Below, piece after piece: positions 14,789 to 27,694 of a stretch of DNA of 64,000 bases; positions within the stretch are counted from its first letter, which is position 1; each line of letters begins with the position of its first letter. This DNA is from Lingula anatina (taxonomy: Eukaryota; Animalia; Brachiopoda). The stretch lies in NCBI GenBank assembly GCA_051362555.1, contig CM120641.1:992001-1056000 (forward strand), given 5' to 3'. A model generated the notes under the pieces. It was not told where the DNA came from and ran no database searches. It saw only the letters and a list, made by a program, of their open reading frames with translations. Both the position numbers and the translations under genes were made by a program.

Positions 14789-16803
14789 GTAAAACACTCC
14801 AGTAAATTAAAAAATCACCTATAAGCGTGACAACAGTGTCACTATAAAAGACGCGTCCTTTTCCTATCAACCTTACATATCTGACAGCGTTTAAAAAAAC
14901 ATTTTAAAACATCCAATAAAATCACCTTATAAACCGATGTATGGAGTCCCTATCGTTTTTTTTAATCTGAGCTCATAAATTAGTTTCAGGTAAACGTTAT
15001 TACAAACTAATAAATTGAATAATGAGTTCAAACACGAACACTAGCAAATAACAACGTCCCCATAGTTATATTAAATAACTATCGCAATCCGACTTAATCC
15101 AGATCGCCATTCCTCCTCTCCTCCTACCCTCCCACGTCTACAGGGGATCCGTACGCATGGATAGAGAGTGAGAATATAGATTTATTAAGACCGTAATCAC
15201 CTTTACTATATATCAACGCAGCCAAACCCCGATGCTGCAAATTGAAACTACAAATAAATTGATAGCGCAGACTGTAAAATTTATCGTAAATCTTACTTGA
15301 GGTAAGTATCTCTTGCTTTACGGTCGTTGGCATCGTGATGCTGCCACAGGTGACAAAATTCCGATTATTTTCCGCCATCTTGTCACGGTCAAGGAGAGTG
15401 GTTAGAAGTGTGTCCTATCGTCGAGCTGGTACACTAATGATCTGAGACCGTGTTGAAGACCCGGGACTGCAGCCCTCCTATAACAGCGTCAGCCGGCATC
15501 TACCCTCTTCAGCTTACTAGCGATTCCAGTGTTCAGCTCTACGAAAATGGCACTAACTGGGAGTAAATGAGTTCTTACAGTCGCGTTTATTCATTTATTT
15601 ACTCAAAGTTAATTATTATTTTGTGTTCGATCGGTCTAAAGCATTTTAGTTGCTAAAATAAACGGTCACGCTGGAAAAATTATTTACAAAAGAACAAAAA
15701 AATTAAATAATAAAGGAAAAAGAAGAGAAATTTCACAATTAGCATTTCTGTGGGAAAAACAAAATACAATGAATTCCATGGACACAAACTGAGACAACGA
15801 GCATACCAACAGAAAAATATTCACAACATGCTGTTATACCTGTATTGCTCACACCTCTACCAAAAGAAGCTTAGAACAATTGTTTTACTTTAAGAGCTAT
15901 GTAACAGAGGGTAGGAGAGGACAAGATATTCCTCGGGAGAGGTCAGAGGTCAACGTCATCAGGACTGTAGTGAGAGACGCCAGCAGGTGCCCGTTGTCTT
16001 ATCCCTAATCAAAAACCTAGGGGGGTCAGCTTCCAGGTTGTGCAATGCGTTCACAACGCATTAACACAGAAGAGAGAAAATACAAATTAATATTTTTTCA
16101 AGCGAATGTGAAAGACCCTTAAGACACTCAAAAGCAAAGAGGATTTTAAAAGATGAGAATGATATTGCTATTCACAAAAGTTTAATGCAGTTGTCCATGA
16201 AAGAAAATTAATTATCCAGTTTAAGAGCCATAAAAAGCCACATAATTACTGCAGGAAACCTTACTTGTTTCAATTTCTGACAGCAAAGTGATTTTAAATT
16301 TCAACACGTTCAATTGTGTTTACAGAATCTTATGGAAAAATTGCTTCATGTTAAAATGTTTTAATTGGTAAAGCGAGCCATCATCCCAGGGATGATGTAA
16401 GAATTTTGAATTCACGTTGTGAAATAAAAGCCTAGGGAGTGTTACTTTCAATGTATTTGAAAAGCAAAAAATAAAATGGTCCGCTTAAATGGCCCATCCT
16501 AAAATAATAATACTTCGGCGGATTGTTTAAACAGTACTCATTGCATAAACATTTGCTTTATAAATATAACAGTGCATTTATTCACTAATGGTTAATTCGT
16601 TTAGTTCCACGTAATTTCACATACAAGTATAACCGACACACCCATCTGATACCACGGAAATATCTGACAGCAAAGTCACCCTGCATTGCGACAGGTGTGA
16701 CTGATGCGGTTGTTCTCTCACTGTGCTGCGCGTGTCGCATGTTAACATGACTCGGGGTGACTTACACCTCACCATCAATATTACAACTAGAATGCTTAAT
16801 TCA

Positions 16804-19585
16804 ACTAGAGGATCAGAGAGGCGATACCGCCTCCAAATATTGTACCACCAGCTGGAGCAAACGCATTCGTATAGACCCCCACATACACAAAATAAGGGAC
16901 ACAGCCACCAGTTTTGTGCTTGACAAGCTGTAAAAATGCATTCAACAAGAATTTTTTAACTATTGCAAAAAATATATATGGTACAATCAAATTTAAGTTC
17001 TTCGTAAGGTAGGTCAAGGGTCAATTTCAAGGTCACAGTAAATTGCCAGTATATGACTTCCTATTCAAGTTCAAGAGTAATTATGGACCTATCTCTGTCA
17101 AGTTTGAAGTTAAAAGAGAAAGAAATTAGCAGAGTTCAGTTCATGATAAAAAGTAGGTCAAAGGTCAATTTCAAGGTCACACTTAGATTGCCAGTATAGG
17201 ACTTCCTATTCAACTTCAATAGTAACTATGGACCTATCTCAGCCAGTTTTGGAGATAAAAGGGAAGCAAAATTTGCAAAATTCAGTTCATGGTGAAAAGT
17301 AGGTCAAAGGTCAATTTCAAGGTCACATTTAGATTGCCAGTATATGACTTTCTATTCAAGTTCAATAGTAACTATGGACCTATCTCTGCCAGTTTTGGAG
17401 ATAAAAGGGAAGCAAAATTTGCAAACTTCAGTTTATGGTGTAAAGTAGGTCAAAGGTCAATTTTAAGGTCACATTTAGATTGCCAGTATATGACTTCCTT
17501 TTCAAGTTCAATAGTAACTATGGACCTATCTCAGCCAGTTTTGGAGATAAAAGGGAAGCAAAATTTGCAAAATTCAGTTCATGGTGTAAAGCAGGTCAAA
17601 GGTCAATTTTAAGGTCACATTTAGATTGCCAGTATATGACTTCCTTTTCAAGTTCAATAGTAACTATGGACCTATCTCTGCCAGTTTTGGAGATAAAAGG
17701 GCAGAAAAGTTTGCAAAGTTCAGTTCATGGTGAAAAGTAGGTCAAAGGTCAATTTCAAGGTCACATTTAGATTGCCAGTATATGACTTCCTATTCAACTT
17801 CAATAGTAACTATGGACCTATCTCTGCCAGTTTTGGAGATAAAAGAGAAGAAAAATTTGCAAAGTTCAGTTCATGGTGAAAAGTAGGTCAAAGGTCAATT
17901 TTAAGGTCACATTTAGATTGCCAGTATATGACTTCCTATTCAACTTCAATAGTAACTACGGACCTATCTCTGCCAGTTTTGGAGATAAAAGGGAAGCAAA
18001 TTTTGCAAAGATCAGTTTATGGCGAAAAGTAGGTCAAAGGTCAATTTTAAGGTCACATTTAGATTGCCAGTATATGACTTCCTATTCAAGTTCAATAGTA
18101 ACTACGGACCTATCTCAGCCAGTTTTGGAGATAAAAGGAAAGCAAAATTTGCAAAATTCAGTTCATGGTGAAAAGTAGGTCAAAGGTCAATTTTAATGTC
18201 ACATATAGATTGCCAGTATATGACTTCCTATTCAAGTTCAATAGTAACTACGGACCTATCTCTGCCAGATTTGGAGATAAAAGGAAAGCAAAATTTGCAA
18301 AATTCAGTTCATGGTGTAAAGTAGGTCAAAGGTCAATTTTAAGGTCACATTTAGATTGCCAGTATATGACTTCCTATTCAAGTTCAATAGTAACTATGGA
18401 CCTATCTCTGCCAGTTTTGGAGATAAAAGGGAAGAAAAATTTGCAAAGTTCAGTTCATGGTGAAAAGTAGGTCAAAGGTCAATTTCAAGGTCATAGTAAG
18501 ATTGCCAGTATATGACTTCCTATTCAACTTCAATAGTAACTATGGACCTATCTCTGCCAGTTTTGGAGATATAAGGGACTAGATGTTATAATTTTGGAGT
18601 TACCATAATGTGCCTTAAATTTCGTACAGAAAAAATTAATTAAATTAAAGAAAATGTCATTTTGGTCAAAATTCTTGAAATAGGAGGTGCTCTGAAGTTT
18701 CAGAAGTTCAAATTTGATGAAATAATGTCATTTTTGAACACAAGTTGTCTGCTTTGCCAAGCCTTATATTTTATTTTTCCAGAGTTCAAAATTTATTATC
18801 CATTACCGTACTGCACATTTTGCTTTTACCACCAATATGTACTTTTTGATACAGCGTAACTCGAAAACCGTATGGAATACAAAAAAACCGAGACCACCCC
18901 CAGTGTTGGGCTTTACATGCTCTACAAAATGCAAAAAAAAATGGGTCTCTAGCATTAACGGTTCCCGAATTAGAGACAGTTTTCAGTTTCGGTATCTTAT
19001 GGCCGCTACTCCCGTGAAAATGCACCGATTGACCCCAAATTCATGGAGATGAAAGATGACCTGAAGGGTAACACTTCCCAATAATATTATTGGTTAAGTC
19101 TGTGTGGTGTCTGAATAACAGGGCAAAAAAAAATTTTTTCGTAAAAAATTTCATTTTTTTGAAAATTTTGGCCCATTTGACCTTGAAGTAGAGGTCAAAG
19201 GTCAAATCCAAGGGTATATTTGAAATCTACACATATGACTTTTGGAAAGCCGTCTATAGAAATTTTTCCCATAACTCCTTCCATAGGGTAGATAATTAGC
19301 ATTTAATTTTGCCATTTTTAGACAAGGGTGCATTGCAATGAGTGCCACACCCAGACCCCAATACCGACAAAGCCCAAATTTTACGTGGAACGAGTTGAGA
19401 TTATAGGTGACCTAAATCCATGAGATGGGTACGAGGGCCCTTACCGTCTAGGAGGAGAAGCGGTAACGGTAGCCGTCCGGCGGAGCCGGCGGAGCCGGCG
19501 GAGCCAACGGAGCCGGCCGGCGGAACGATCCGGACGGGACCGAAACCATGTGTACCGCCAGCGCTAACGCTGGTGGTACAATAAT
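16804..19585 (+). mobile_element. Non-autonomous Helentron/HINE-like (DINE-1/pearl-like) element with internal 146-bp tandem array
   Basis: Starts ACTAG followed by a small hairpin (GAGGCG-atac-CGCCTC, 16818-16833). TATTGTACCACCAGC (16838-16852) is the exact reverse complement of 19569-19583. GC-rich CGGAGCCGG microsatellite at ~19478-19525. 3' hairpin TGTACCGCCAGCG-ctaa-CGCTGGTGGTACA (19551-19580). Confidence 0.75.
17005..18578 (+). repeat. Tandem array of ~11 copies of a 146-bp unit
   Basis: GTAGGTCAAAGGTCA-type unit starts at 17009, 17153, 17299, 17445, 17591, 17737, 17883, 18029, 18175, 18321 and 18467. Period is 146; the first copy is divergent and the last truncated. Confidence 0.97.
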
Positions 19586-19642
19586 ATCCCATGTGTCAAC
19601 AAGAATTCATTTATTATTTAACAGTTTATTTTTTTCCATTTT

Positions 19643-21944
19643 TATGTACAGACACAGATGTGTCTGTACATATTGCCATCACCTGCGTCTGTCGTCGCCG
19701 ATGCCGATGCCGATGCCGATGCCGATGCCGTCGCCGGCGCCGTGCACTTTTCTTGTAAACACGATAAGTGGAAGGCAGTTTCACTTTTTGGCTTAATATT
19801 TACAGAGCTGATGAATATTCATAAAACGCAGGTCAAGTTCGAAAATCAGCATGATCGGGCCATTTTAAGGGAAGTTATGCTGTTTTTTCACTTTTTTCAG
19901 CATATATGCAACCCTGTAAACACATTTTAAGGAAAACCGTTAGGCCTGTTGTCATGAAACTCACAGTAGTGGTCAATCTTACTAAAATGGAGGTTGAGTT
20001 CAAAAATCAGCATAATCGGGGCATTATTTTAGAAGTTATGCTGTTTTTTCACATTTCCTCAGATTCAACTCTTAGGCATGTTAACAGTCTCATTATTGAA
20101 CTAATAAGATATGTAAAAGTGTTTGCTTGACATTTCCTGCATCTTTACAACATTGTTAGTTGATTATGTAAAAATGATGGTAAACTTGTTATCGTGTATT
20201 GTGTAATAAAGTGTCAAAAATGGAAATAAACTCATATCATTGCAGTTTGTCAGATTTAATCATTCACTATGTTCAGAATCTCAGAATGGAGGAAATTAGA
20301 CATTTAACACTATTCTATTGATATTTCCCCCATCTCATCAATTTTCTTAGTTGATCATATAAAAATTGCAGTAAACTGTTTATTTTGTTTTATGTTAAAA
20401 AAAGTGTTAAAAATGGAAATAAACCCATGTCAGAACAGTGCTGTCTTGTTTCACATTTCCTCAGATTCAATTCTTAGGCATGTTAACAGTCTCATTATTT
20501 AACTAATAAGACATGTTTAAGTGTTTGGTTGACATTTCCTGTATCTTTACAACATTATTAGTTGATTATGTAAAACTGATGGTAAACTTGTTATCATGTA
20601 TTGTGTAATAAAGTTTCAAAAATGGAAATAAACTCATATCATTGCAGTTTGTCAGATGCAATCATTCACTATTTTTAGAATCTCAGAATGGAGGAAATTG
20701 GACATTTAACACTGTTGTATTTATATTTTTCCCATCTCATCAATTTTCTTAGTTGATCATATAAAGATGGCAATAACCTGTTAATTTTGTTTTATGTTTA
20801 AAAAATTGTTAAAAATGGAAAAAAAACACATTTCAGAACAGTGCTGTCTTGTTTACATTTTGGCATTTTCAAGTTGTGACTTTGAAGTTCCATATGGGCC
20901 TGAAGACCTTTGCTAGTCACATTTTCTGAATATCCATGATACTAATATTTTATTATTAAAATTGATGGTCATTATGCTGTTAAACATAATGTAATATTGC
21001 ATCAAAATTTGAAAAAAAAACTATTTTGGGCACTGCTCCCATGATGACCATTTAAGAAAAACAATGTCACTTACTGTTCTCAAACAGTACAGTAAATATG
21101 TACAGATGTGTCTGTACATATTGCCATCACCTGTATCTGCCGTCGCCGCCGTCACTGTCGCCGGCGCTGGCGCCGTGCACTTTCATTGTAAACATGATAA
21201 GTGGAAGGCAGTTTTACTTTTTGGCTGTATGTTTACAGAGCTGATGAATATTCATAAAACGCAGGTCAAGTTTGAAAATCAGCATGATCGGGCCATTATT
21301 GTAGAAGTTATGCTGTTTTTTCACTTTTCAGCATATATGCAACCCTGTAAACACATTTTAAGGAAAACCGTTAGGCCTGTTGTCATGAAACTCACAGGAG
21401 TAATCAGTCTTATGAAAACGCAGGTCAAGTTCGAAAATCAGCATGATCGGGCAACTGTTTTAGTAGTTATGCTGTTTTTTCATTTTTCAGCATATATGCA
21501 ACACTGTAAACACAATATAAGAAAAACAGATGGGCCAATTGTCATGAAACTCACAGGAGTGGTCATTCCTGCTAAAACGCAGGTTGAGTTCAAAAATCAG
21601 CTTAATCGGGCCATTATTTCAAAGAAATGCCGTTTTTTCACATTTCCCCAGATTCATTTCTTAGGCATGTTAACAGTTTCATTATTTAATTAATAAGATA
21701 TGTAAAAGTGTTTGTTTGGCATTTCCTGCATCTTTACAACATTATTAGTTGATTATGTAAAAATGATGGTAAACTTGTTATCGTGTATTGTGTAATAAAG
21801 TTTTAAAAATGGAAATAAACTCATATCATTGCAGTTTGTCAAATTCAATCATTAAAATTTTGAATCAGAATTGACAGTAGCCTATTTTGTGCATAGTTAT
21901 TTCCTGTTTTTTGTCTGTACATTTGACAGCTTTGCTGCCTTGTT
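19643..21944 (-). mobile_element. Second Helentron/HINE-like element (different family), reverse orientation, with internal duplications
   Basis: 13-bp stem hairpin TATGTACAGACAC-agat-GTGTCTGTACATA (19643-19672), then a (GCCGAT)n microsatellite and ~130-bp internal repeats. Far end has TGTCTGTACAT (21912-21922), a small hairpin and CTTGTT (AACAAG on minus). Block ~19655-20270 is repeated at ~21100-21850, and ~20050-20450 is repeated at ~20450-20850. Confidence 0.75.
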
Positions 21945-22343
21945 AATTAAGTAATACACAAGTGACTTGTAAAGTAAGAATTTCTTCACCATTCTCCTAT
22001 ATTGACCTTTTGGTCTCCTTGCACTGAATTATTCACTTACAACAACTTTCTAAAAGGAAACTTTTAAAGGTATTAATGAATCCATCCACTACTCATTCAA
22101 ATTTTCACAAGTCTCAGTAAGAGAAATGATTAACTATAAAGATCTTCTGGGTATTCTGCCCCAAGGCATTTTATTTCATCTGGACCATCCTTGTAATACT
22201 GGCAATAATAGTCTGTCTTTTAACCTTAAGAGCATGCTGCAAACTGCAGTCTTGTTCAATCTTTCTGCAAGTGTTTAAAATCCGCAAGCAACAGGAAAAC
22301 TGGATCAAATGTTATCAGTTGATAGCATTTTTTTAACCTTGTG

Positions 22344-23002
22344 CTACCTTTTAGATTTCTTTATGGGTGGTTCTGATTTTATTGTATCAGTGTTTTTCTT
22401 ATTTTTGCTAGAATTGTCTTCTTCTTCATCTTCCTCCTCATCTTCTTCATCAACATCTGAAAGTGAAAAGAAAATTTAATCAATTCTTTATCTAAATACT
22501 ATTGTACAGCTACAAAAATGAAGAATAACTCTGCAATTTAAGGGCATTGTGAAAATTGCACTGCACTGCAGTCCTTACAGCATGGATGGGACTCGGCATT
22601 TTTGACATGATTTTAATTGTGAGACTTGGTTTAAATAGCTTCTTATTAAGTCAGATTTTTTAAATATGCGCTTATATTGCCCCGTGTTTAATTCTAAACA
22701 GAACGAAGTGAATGCCAAATTGGAACCCTGGTTAACTAGGCTAATATAATAGAAATAAAACACCATAAGGAAGACTGTAATTCGGTACCTTGGTCTTGTT
22801 TACCATTTCTACTGCAGTTATTTGTAGCCTTTTCTTGGTTTACCAAAACTGTCAGTGCTTCATTTGTATCCTTTTGTAGATTCCTTAAAGACTCTTGTAA
22901 TATTTTAAGATCTACAGTTTTTTCTAAAGAACCAGCTGGAAAAGAAAACTCTTGTTTTGTACCATTCTTCAATGTCAACACCGCTGTCACGCTTGCTGCC
23001 AT
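22344..23002 (-). CDS. GON7: KEOPS/EKC complex subunit GON7 (C14orf142)-like, 108 aa; exons 23002-22789 and 22456-22344
   Basis: Spliced GT-AG model: MAASVTAVLTLKNGTKQEFSF...LKILQESLRNLQKDTNEALTVLVNQE...DVDEEDEEEDEEEDNSS...EPPIKKSKR*. Same architecture as metazoan GON7: N-terminal beta-hairpin, long helix, acidic tract, C-terminal PxxKRxK NLS. Confidence 0.75.
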
Positions 23003-23046
23003 CTCAGCATATTGAACGATAGAGGGCGCAACAATCCAAGACTATA

Positions 23047-23260
23047 ATTAGATTTATTATTTTCTGTAAAGTTCCTCGTCAGTTTGAGCCAATATAAATA
23101 TTTTGATATATATATATATCAAAATATTTATATTGGCTCAAACTGATATATATATATCAAAATATTTATATTGGCTCAAACTGACGAGGAACTTTACAGA
23201 AAATAATAAATCTAATCTGACATTGAAGAATGGTATATATATATATATATATATATATAT
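23047..23260. repeat. Complex inverted duplication (foldback) centred on (TA)n
   Basis: 23047-23105 recurs as its reverse complement at 23158-23216, with a partial extra copy at 23120-23146, separated by (TA)n. 23218-23235 is the reverse complement of 22960-22977. Confidence 0.9.
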
Positions 23261-23848
23261 TACTGAAATTTAATTTGCGTCATGAAAATCTGCTCTTACA
23301 AAATTATTTTTAATGTTTATATTTATATTACAGTTTCTCTTGTCAGTAGCGCTCCTCGTGATAATTTGCTGTACTATCATTAATAATGTTATGCTGGTTA
23401 TGAATATTCCCTGCACTGTACTGGAGCAAATTTGGATTAGTTAACCTTACAGAGGAACGGGGACCATGCGTAGCTTTTTATAATCTAAGAATTTGTGACT
23501 GGTGTGTTACAACACGAGCCAAAGCTTTTCAGAGTACAGTTTTATATAGATCACTGAGTAAGTGTTGTGTATCGAATGGAATAAACATCTTGGAATAAAC
23601 ATCTTGTAGAAGAACTGAATAACTTGTGAAGTAGAGAAACTTCTATGCTTGTAATGATGATAATACAAAAATAGCTTTATTTAATTCTGCTAGAATTTTC
23701 TAAATGATTCGTGTTTTTTTCCAGTACTATAAACCTATATAAGAGAAGAAAATGCCTAGCCACTACATAAGGGTGATATCCAAGATTCGTCAACTTTAAA
23801 GCATAAATTATTGAGAAAGGAATAATAAATAGGAAAAAAAACTTTATA

Positions 23849-24178
23849 ATGTCCCTGACCAGTAAGGAGAAAGAAATCCAGTGTGTTGTGCACTGGTTCC
23901 AAGAATGGAGCCCCATGCAGAAAGAAGATTTTTTAAAAGACATCGTGGAGAAAATTGTCCCAAACAAGATGGATACTCTTTTCGATGCTATGGGCTCTCT
24001 CAATGTCAAGGACAGACCGCCCAGCATCTACCAGTGCCAGATGAAACTTTTCACTCAGTGGTTTGAATCTTGGACAGACAAAGAAAGAAATGCTTTTATT
24101 ACTAAACTTGAAGAAGTGGATGCAGGATTTATGAATATTTTACGTGAACAAATAGCTCTGGCAGAGCAGTCAGCATAA
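23849..24178 (+). CDS. C14orf119: C14orf119 / DUF4508 family protein, single coding exon, 109 aa
   Basis: EIQCVVHWFQEWSPMQKEDFLKDIVEK.VP.K...L.DRPPSIYQCQMKLFTQWFESWTDKERNAF matches the C14orf119 pattern (EMKCILHWFANWS..QRERFLEDLV...DRPPSIFECQLHLWDQWF.GW.E.ERNEF). Confidence 0.9.
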   Translation: MSLTSKEKEIQCVVHWFQEWSPMQKEDFLKDIVEKIVPNKMDTLFDAMGSLNVKDRPPSIYQCQMKLFTQWFESWTDKERNAFITKLEEVDAGFMNILREQIALAEQSA

Positions 24179-24973
24179 TATAGCAAGAATGAATTATTAC
24201 TAAAATCTGGTGCTGTACTTGAAGTAGACCATATAATGCTTGCTATAAGTGATCTGAACATCGTGCTGAAAATATAATGTTGGTAAATTGCTCTGTGCTG
24301 TTATATAGATTTTAGACATTGATCCTGATTACTGTTAATACCAAATGATATATATAGTACATTGTTACATCCATAACATGGCAACAATGTTGAATAATAA
24401 GAAAAATTTAATGTGATTTGTTTAAATGGTTGTATTGTGAATGCAATAATTGGGAAGAGCCCCCCCCCCCCCCCCCCCCCAAGAAAAAAAGGAATAAAGA
24501 AAAGAAGGTAAATAAATATATATAATGCATAAATAAAATGAATAGATAAAAATTAAAAATATTTTAAGCAAGGCTTTTTTTCTACTATACTTTTTTTGTT
24601 GTCTAGTAAAATCATTTTTGGTTCTGTTTTGTATTTAAGGCAAATTTAAAGGATCCGAGTGACTTAAAATTTCCTCTCATTTCTTTCCCCATTTTTAGTG
24701 AAAAAAAAAATGAAATGAATCTCAAGTATGCTCCTCCAGTTAAAAACAAAAACAGATTAAAAACATTAAAATTTTAATTGATTAGTGCAGAATATTATTT
24801 TAGAAGTGCCAGTTTTACTCCACGAGTCTCTCCACAAACTAACTTTGGTTTGGATCGTCTTGAATGACCTTGACTTGAAGAGCGCATCCTCCATGTTAAA
24901 TTTAATGTGCTGTTGTAGCCGGGGGATTTTGTGCGTGTTGTAGATTTGCATGTAACTTGAACTCGTAGCAGCA

Positions 24974-26484
24974 ATGGAATTACCGGTTGTTGAAATTGAA
25001 CTTGACAGAGGGAAGACGGGTTAGTAAATTTTTAATCCTTTCTAAAAACGGTCGCACGCTGTGCACTCTAAATGTTGATTTTAAATTTACAGCTCTGTGT
25101 AGAAAGTTGAGGGCATCATTGTGTCATGATCATGTAGTACCCGTTATACGTAGCTCAGATTTCACTGCGTGAAAAGCAAAGCTGATGAAAATTTGTTGCA
25201 CTTTAAATAAGATGCTGTCAGTTACCTAAAGTGCCACCATTTTGTAACTCGACTCGATTAGTTATTCTCACCGATTCTGAATTAGATGTATTGATTGGAA
25301 ATTGGAGTCAATCAGTTTAATGGCTAGTATTGGGATCTTAATCGATTTCCTGTAGCATTCAATTCAAAGGTTAATATCTTTGTCTTAGGTCTAGGTTTTA
25401 ACATCAGAGGAGGCAGCGACATTCCATACATTCAAGGTGATTCTGGGATATTTGTGACTAAAATACGAGATGATGGAGCTGCTGCTGCAGATGGAAGGTT
25501 ACAAGAAGGAGATAAAATCATTGAAGTATGGTATCAATTTTTATTTACAGAAAATGATAAAGTGCAAGATTTATTACAATTTACATAAGAAATGTGTAAA
25601 ATTCTTCAAAGTAAATACTCATCCTTTTAGAAATCAGAATGAGTTTAAGTAGATGATTTGTCATTTCAAATAATAAAAATCATTATTATTATTATTATAA
25701 AATAAATAATTAAATAAATAAGGAAGTGAAATAAAAAAGTTTGTATTTGTTTTTTTAACACATACAAGTGAGATTTTGTCATAATTGTACCATAAGGAAG
25801 TCGGCATACATTTGCGGTTTTTAAAGAAATTACAATTGGTTATTAAATATTCCCTTTGTTTCATCGTCATGATGTTTTTTTTTTTCTCTTACAGATTAAT
25901 GGCTCCAATGTTGAATCAGTTACCCATAATGATGCAGTAAATTTGTTTTTAAATGCTGGTGAAACGGTGAAGCTAAAAGTTAAACAAGGAGCTGAGCGCG
26001 CCATACTGGTAAGTTTTTGCCCGGATTTAAGAACACCTGAATATAGTGACTGGAAGCTGTAGTTGAGGGAACTGAAATCAAAGATCCACAAGCAATGAAA
26101 TTTATCTTAATTACTTCTAAGAAAACTGTAACTTACACATAGGAAAGTGAACTAAATGTATTTATTAATGCTTATTTTACTTATGTCACCATTTGACATT
26201 TAGTTTGTTTATAAGTCTAAGAAATGAATTAAACATTGTAACAATTTTGTATTTCAACTTCTAAGTGATATTTTTAATATAGCAGAAGGTTTATTGTTGT
26301 TAAGCATAGATATGCAATTTCCTGTGGTTAATAATTTCAGGACAGAAAAGCAAGAGCAGCAACGGAAAGAAGAAGAGGTACAACTCCAGAACAAACTAGT
26401 ATCATTACTGTAAGCAGCGTACTCGTGATTGCAGGGATAGCAGTGGCAGGGTACTTCGCATACAAAAAGTATTTCAGGAGATAA
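24974..26484 (+). CDS. SYNJ2BP: Synaptojanin-2-binding protein / OMP25 (PDZ + C-terminal tail anchor), ~146 aa; exons 24974-25019, 25389-25525, 25895-26008, 26341-26484
   Basis: In-phase GT-AG exons give [90 protein letters not shown]...[28 protein letters not shown]. One PDZ domain, a TM helix and a basic tail. Confidence 0.93.
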
Positions 26485-27694
26485 CATGAGCTAAAACTTA
26501 GATGCCATTATAAGATTATGTTGTCCGTCATCATCTATCATAGAAAGCGTATGGCTATAGGTTAATAAGAGAAGATTCTAGTTACGGATCCCCATAAAAA
26601 GATATAGATTGAATTGCACTGTTTTGACATCTGGGTTATTTATGCAAAGGAGGGTGACACTGGATTGTGAGATATTAAATTTTGCACCAGGCTTTAGATG
26701 AATGTTGAAAAGAAAATAAGGAAATTGTTCGAGGTTGTCAAAATAACTTTCACAGGTTCATGGTAATATTGTTCAGATGATGAACGGTCCAGGTATGTGA
26801 TCATGTAGAGGAACTCATTTATTTAGCATCCAGGTACAACATATCACTGTTGAAATGAAGTGAGCCGCGGACAAAAGTATTGCATTTAAAGAAATCGGTT
26901 TAAAGATGGCGGGCAACAAGCTGATTATCACAAAGCAATTGAAATATTACATTTTTGTGCAACAAAAATTACTATGCTGCCTTTTTAAAGATTGTGCAAA
27001 GAAATATTAGTATAAAGTTTTTAGGCATTTGTGGATAAAATCCGATAATCCTTTAATCTCAGCACCACTAAAAAACAATTTAAATAACAGTGATTTGGAT
27101 GTTTTCGCTCAGCACATTCCTAATGTATTCACAAGAGAGCTTTGGCGTCTTTATTTCACAAAACACCACAAAAAATGACAGCTTATTTTAATAGCTATTA
27201 AAATAGCAGTTTTGTTCAGTAGTTGTATTATTAGTAGAAAAACATTAAATGACATGGAAGGATGACATTATTTGAATAAAATATTTGAGAATTGTAATCC
27301 AGCCTAGAATGCATTTAGTCACCCATCCTCTTATATTTTATTAATATTATAAATGTTTGAAATGAAAGTGTAAGTTATGTCAGTGCCACTTGAAATATGA
27401 CGAATTGTATACAAGGGGAATGAAAGAGTTATGTTATGAAATAATGATAAAATAAAATTTTTTACTAAAAAACATTTGGAGTTTCAATAATATTATTAAA
27501 CTTTTTCAAATGTATGTATGTTTTTTTTTCAGATATCACAACTACAAAAAAAAAAAAAAAAAAAACTTCTGCAATTGATACATACTTAGTGTCACATTTA
27601 TTACAAGTCCATGTACAAATTTGTGACAATACTACTTAACAACTGGCCTTGTGACTTGCACCTTTACAAGCAGAAATACTTGTATGAACACTTA

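Noticed and set aside
15383-15480. tRNA/SINE-like start (GTCACGGT...GAGTGGTTAG)
   Set aside because: Only an A-box-like match; no convincing B box or cloverleaf.
16379-16397. Perfect 19-bp palindrome CATCATCCC-A-GGGATGATG
   Set aside because: Isolated and short; compatible with chance in 64 kb.
17289-18470. Repeated ORFs MVKSRSKVNFKVTFRLPVYDF; superficially CRISPR-like periodicity
   Set aside because: Translations of the 146-bp tandem unit. Whole units repeat with no unique spacers, and the context is eukaryotic.
21064-21693. 209-aa ORF with internal repeats
   Set aside because: Lies within the HINE-like element's tandem units; the paralogous copy at 19658-20130 is broken.
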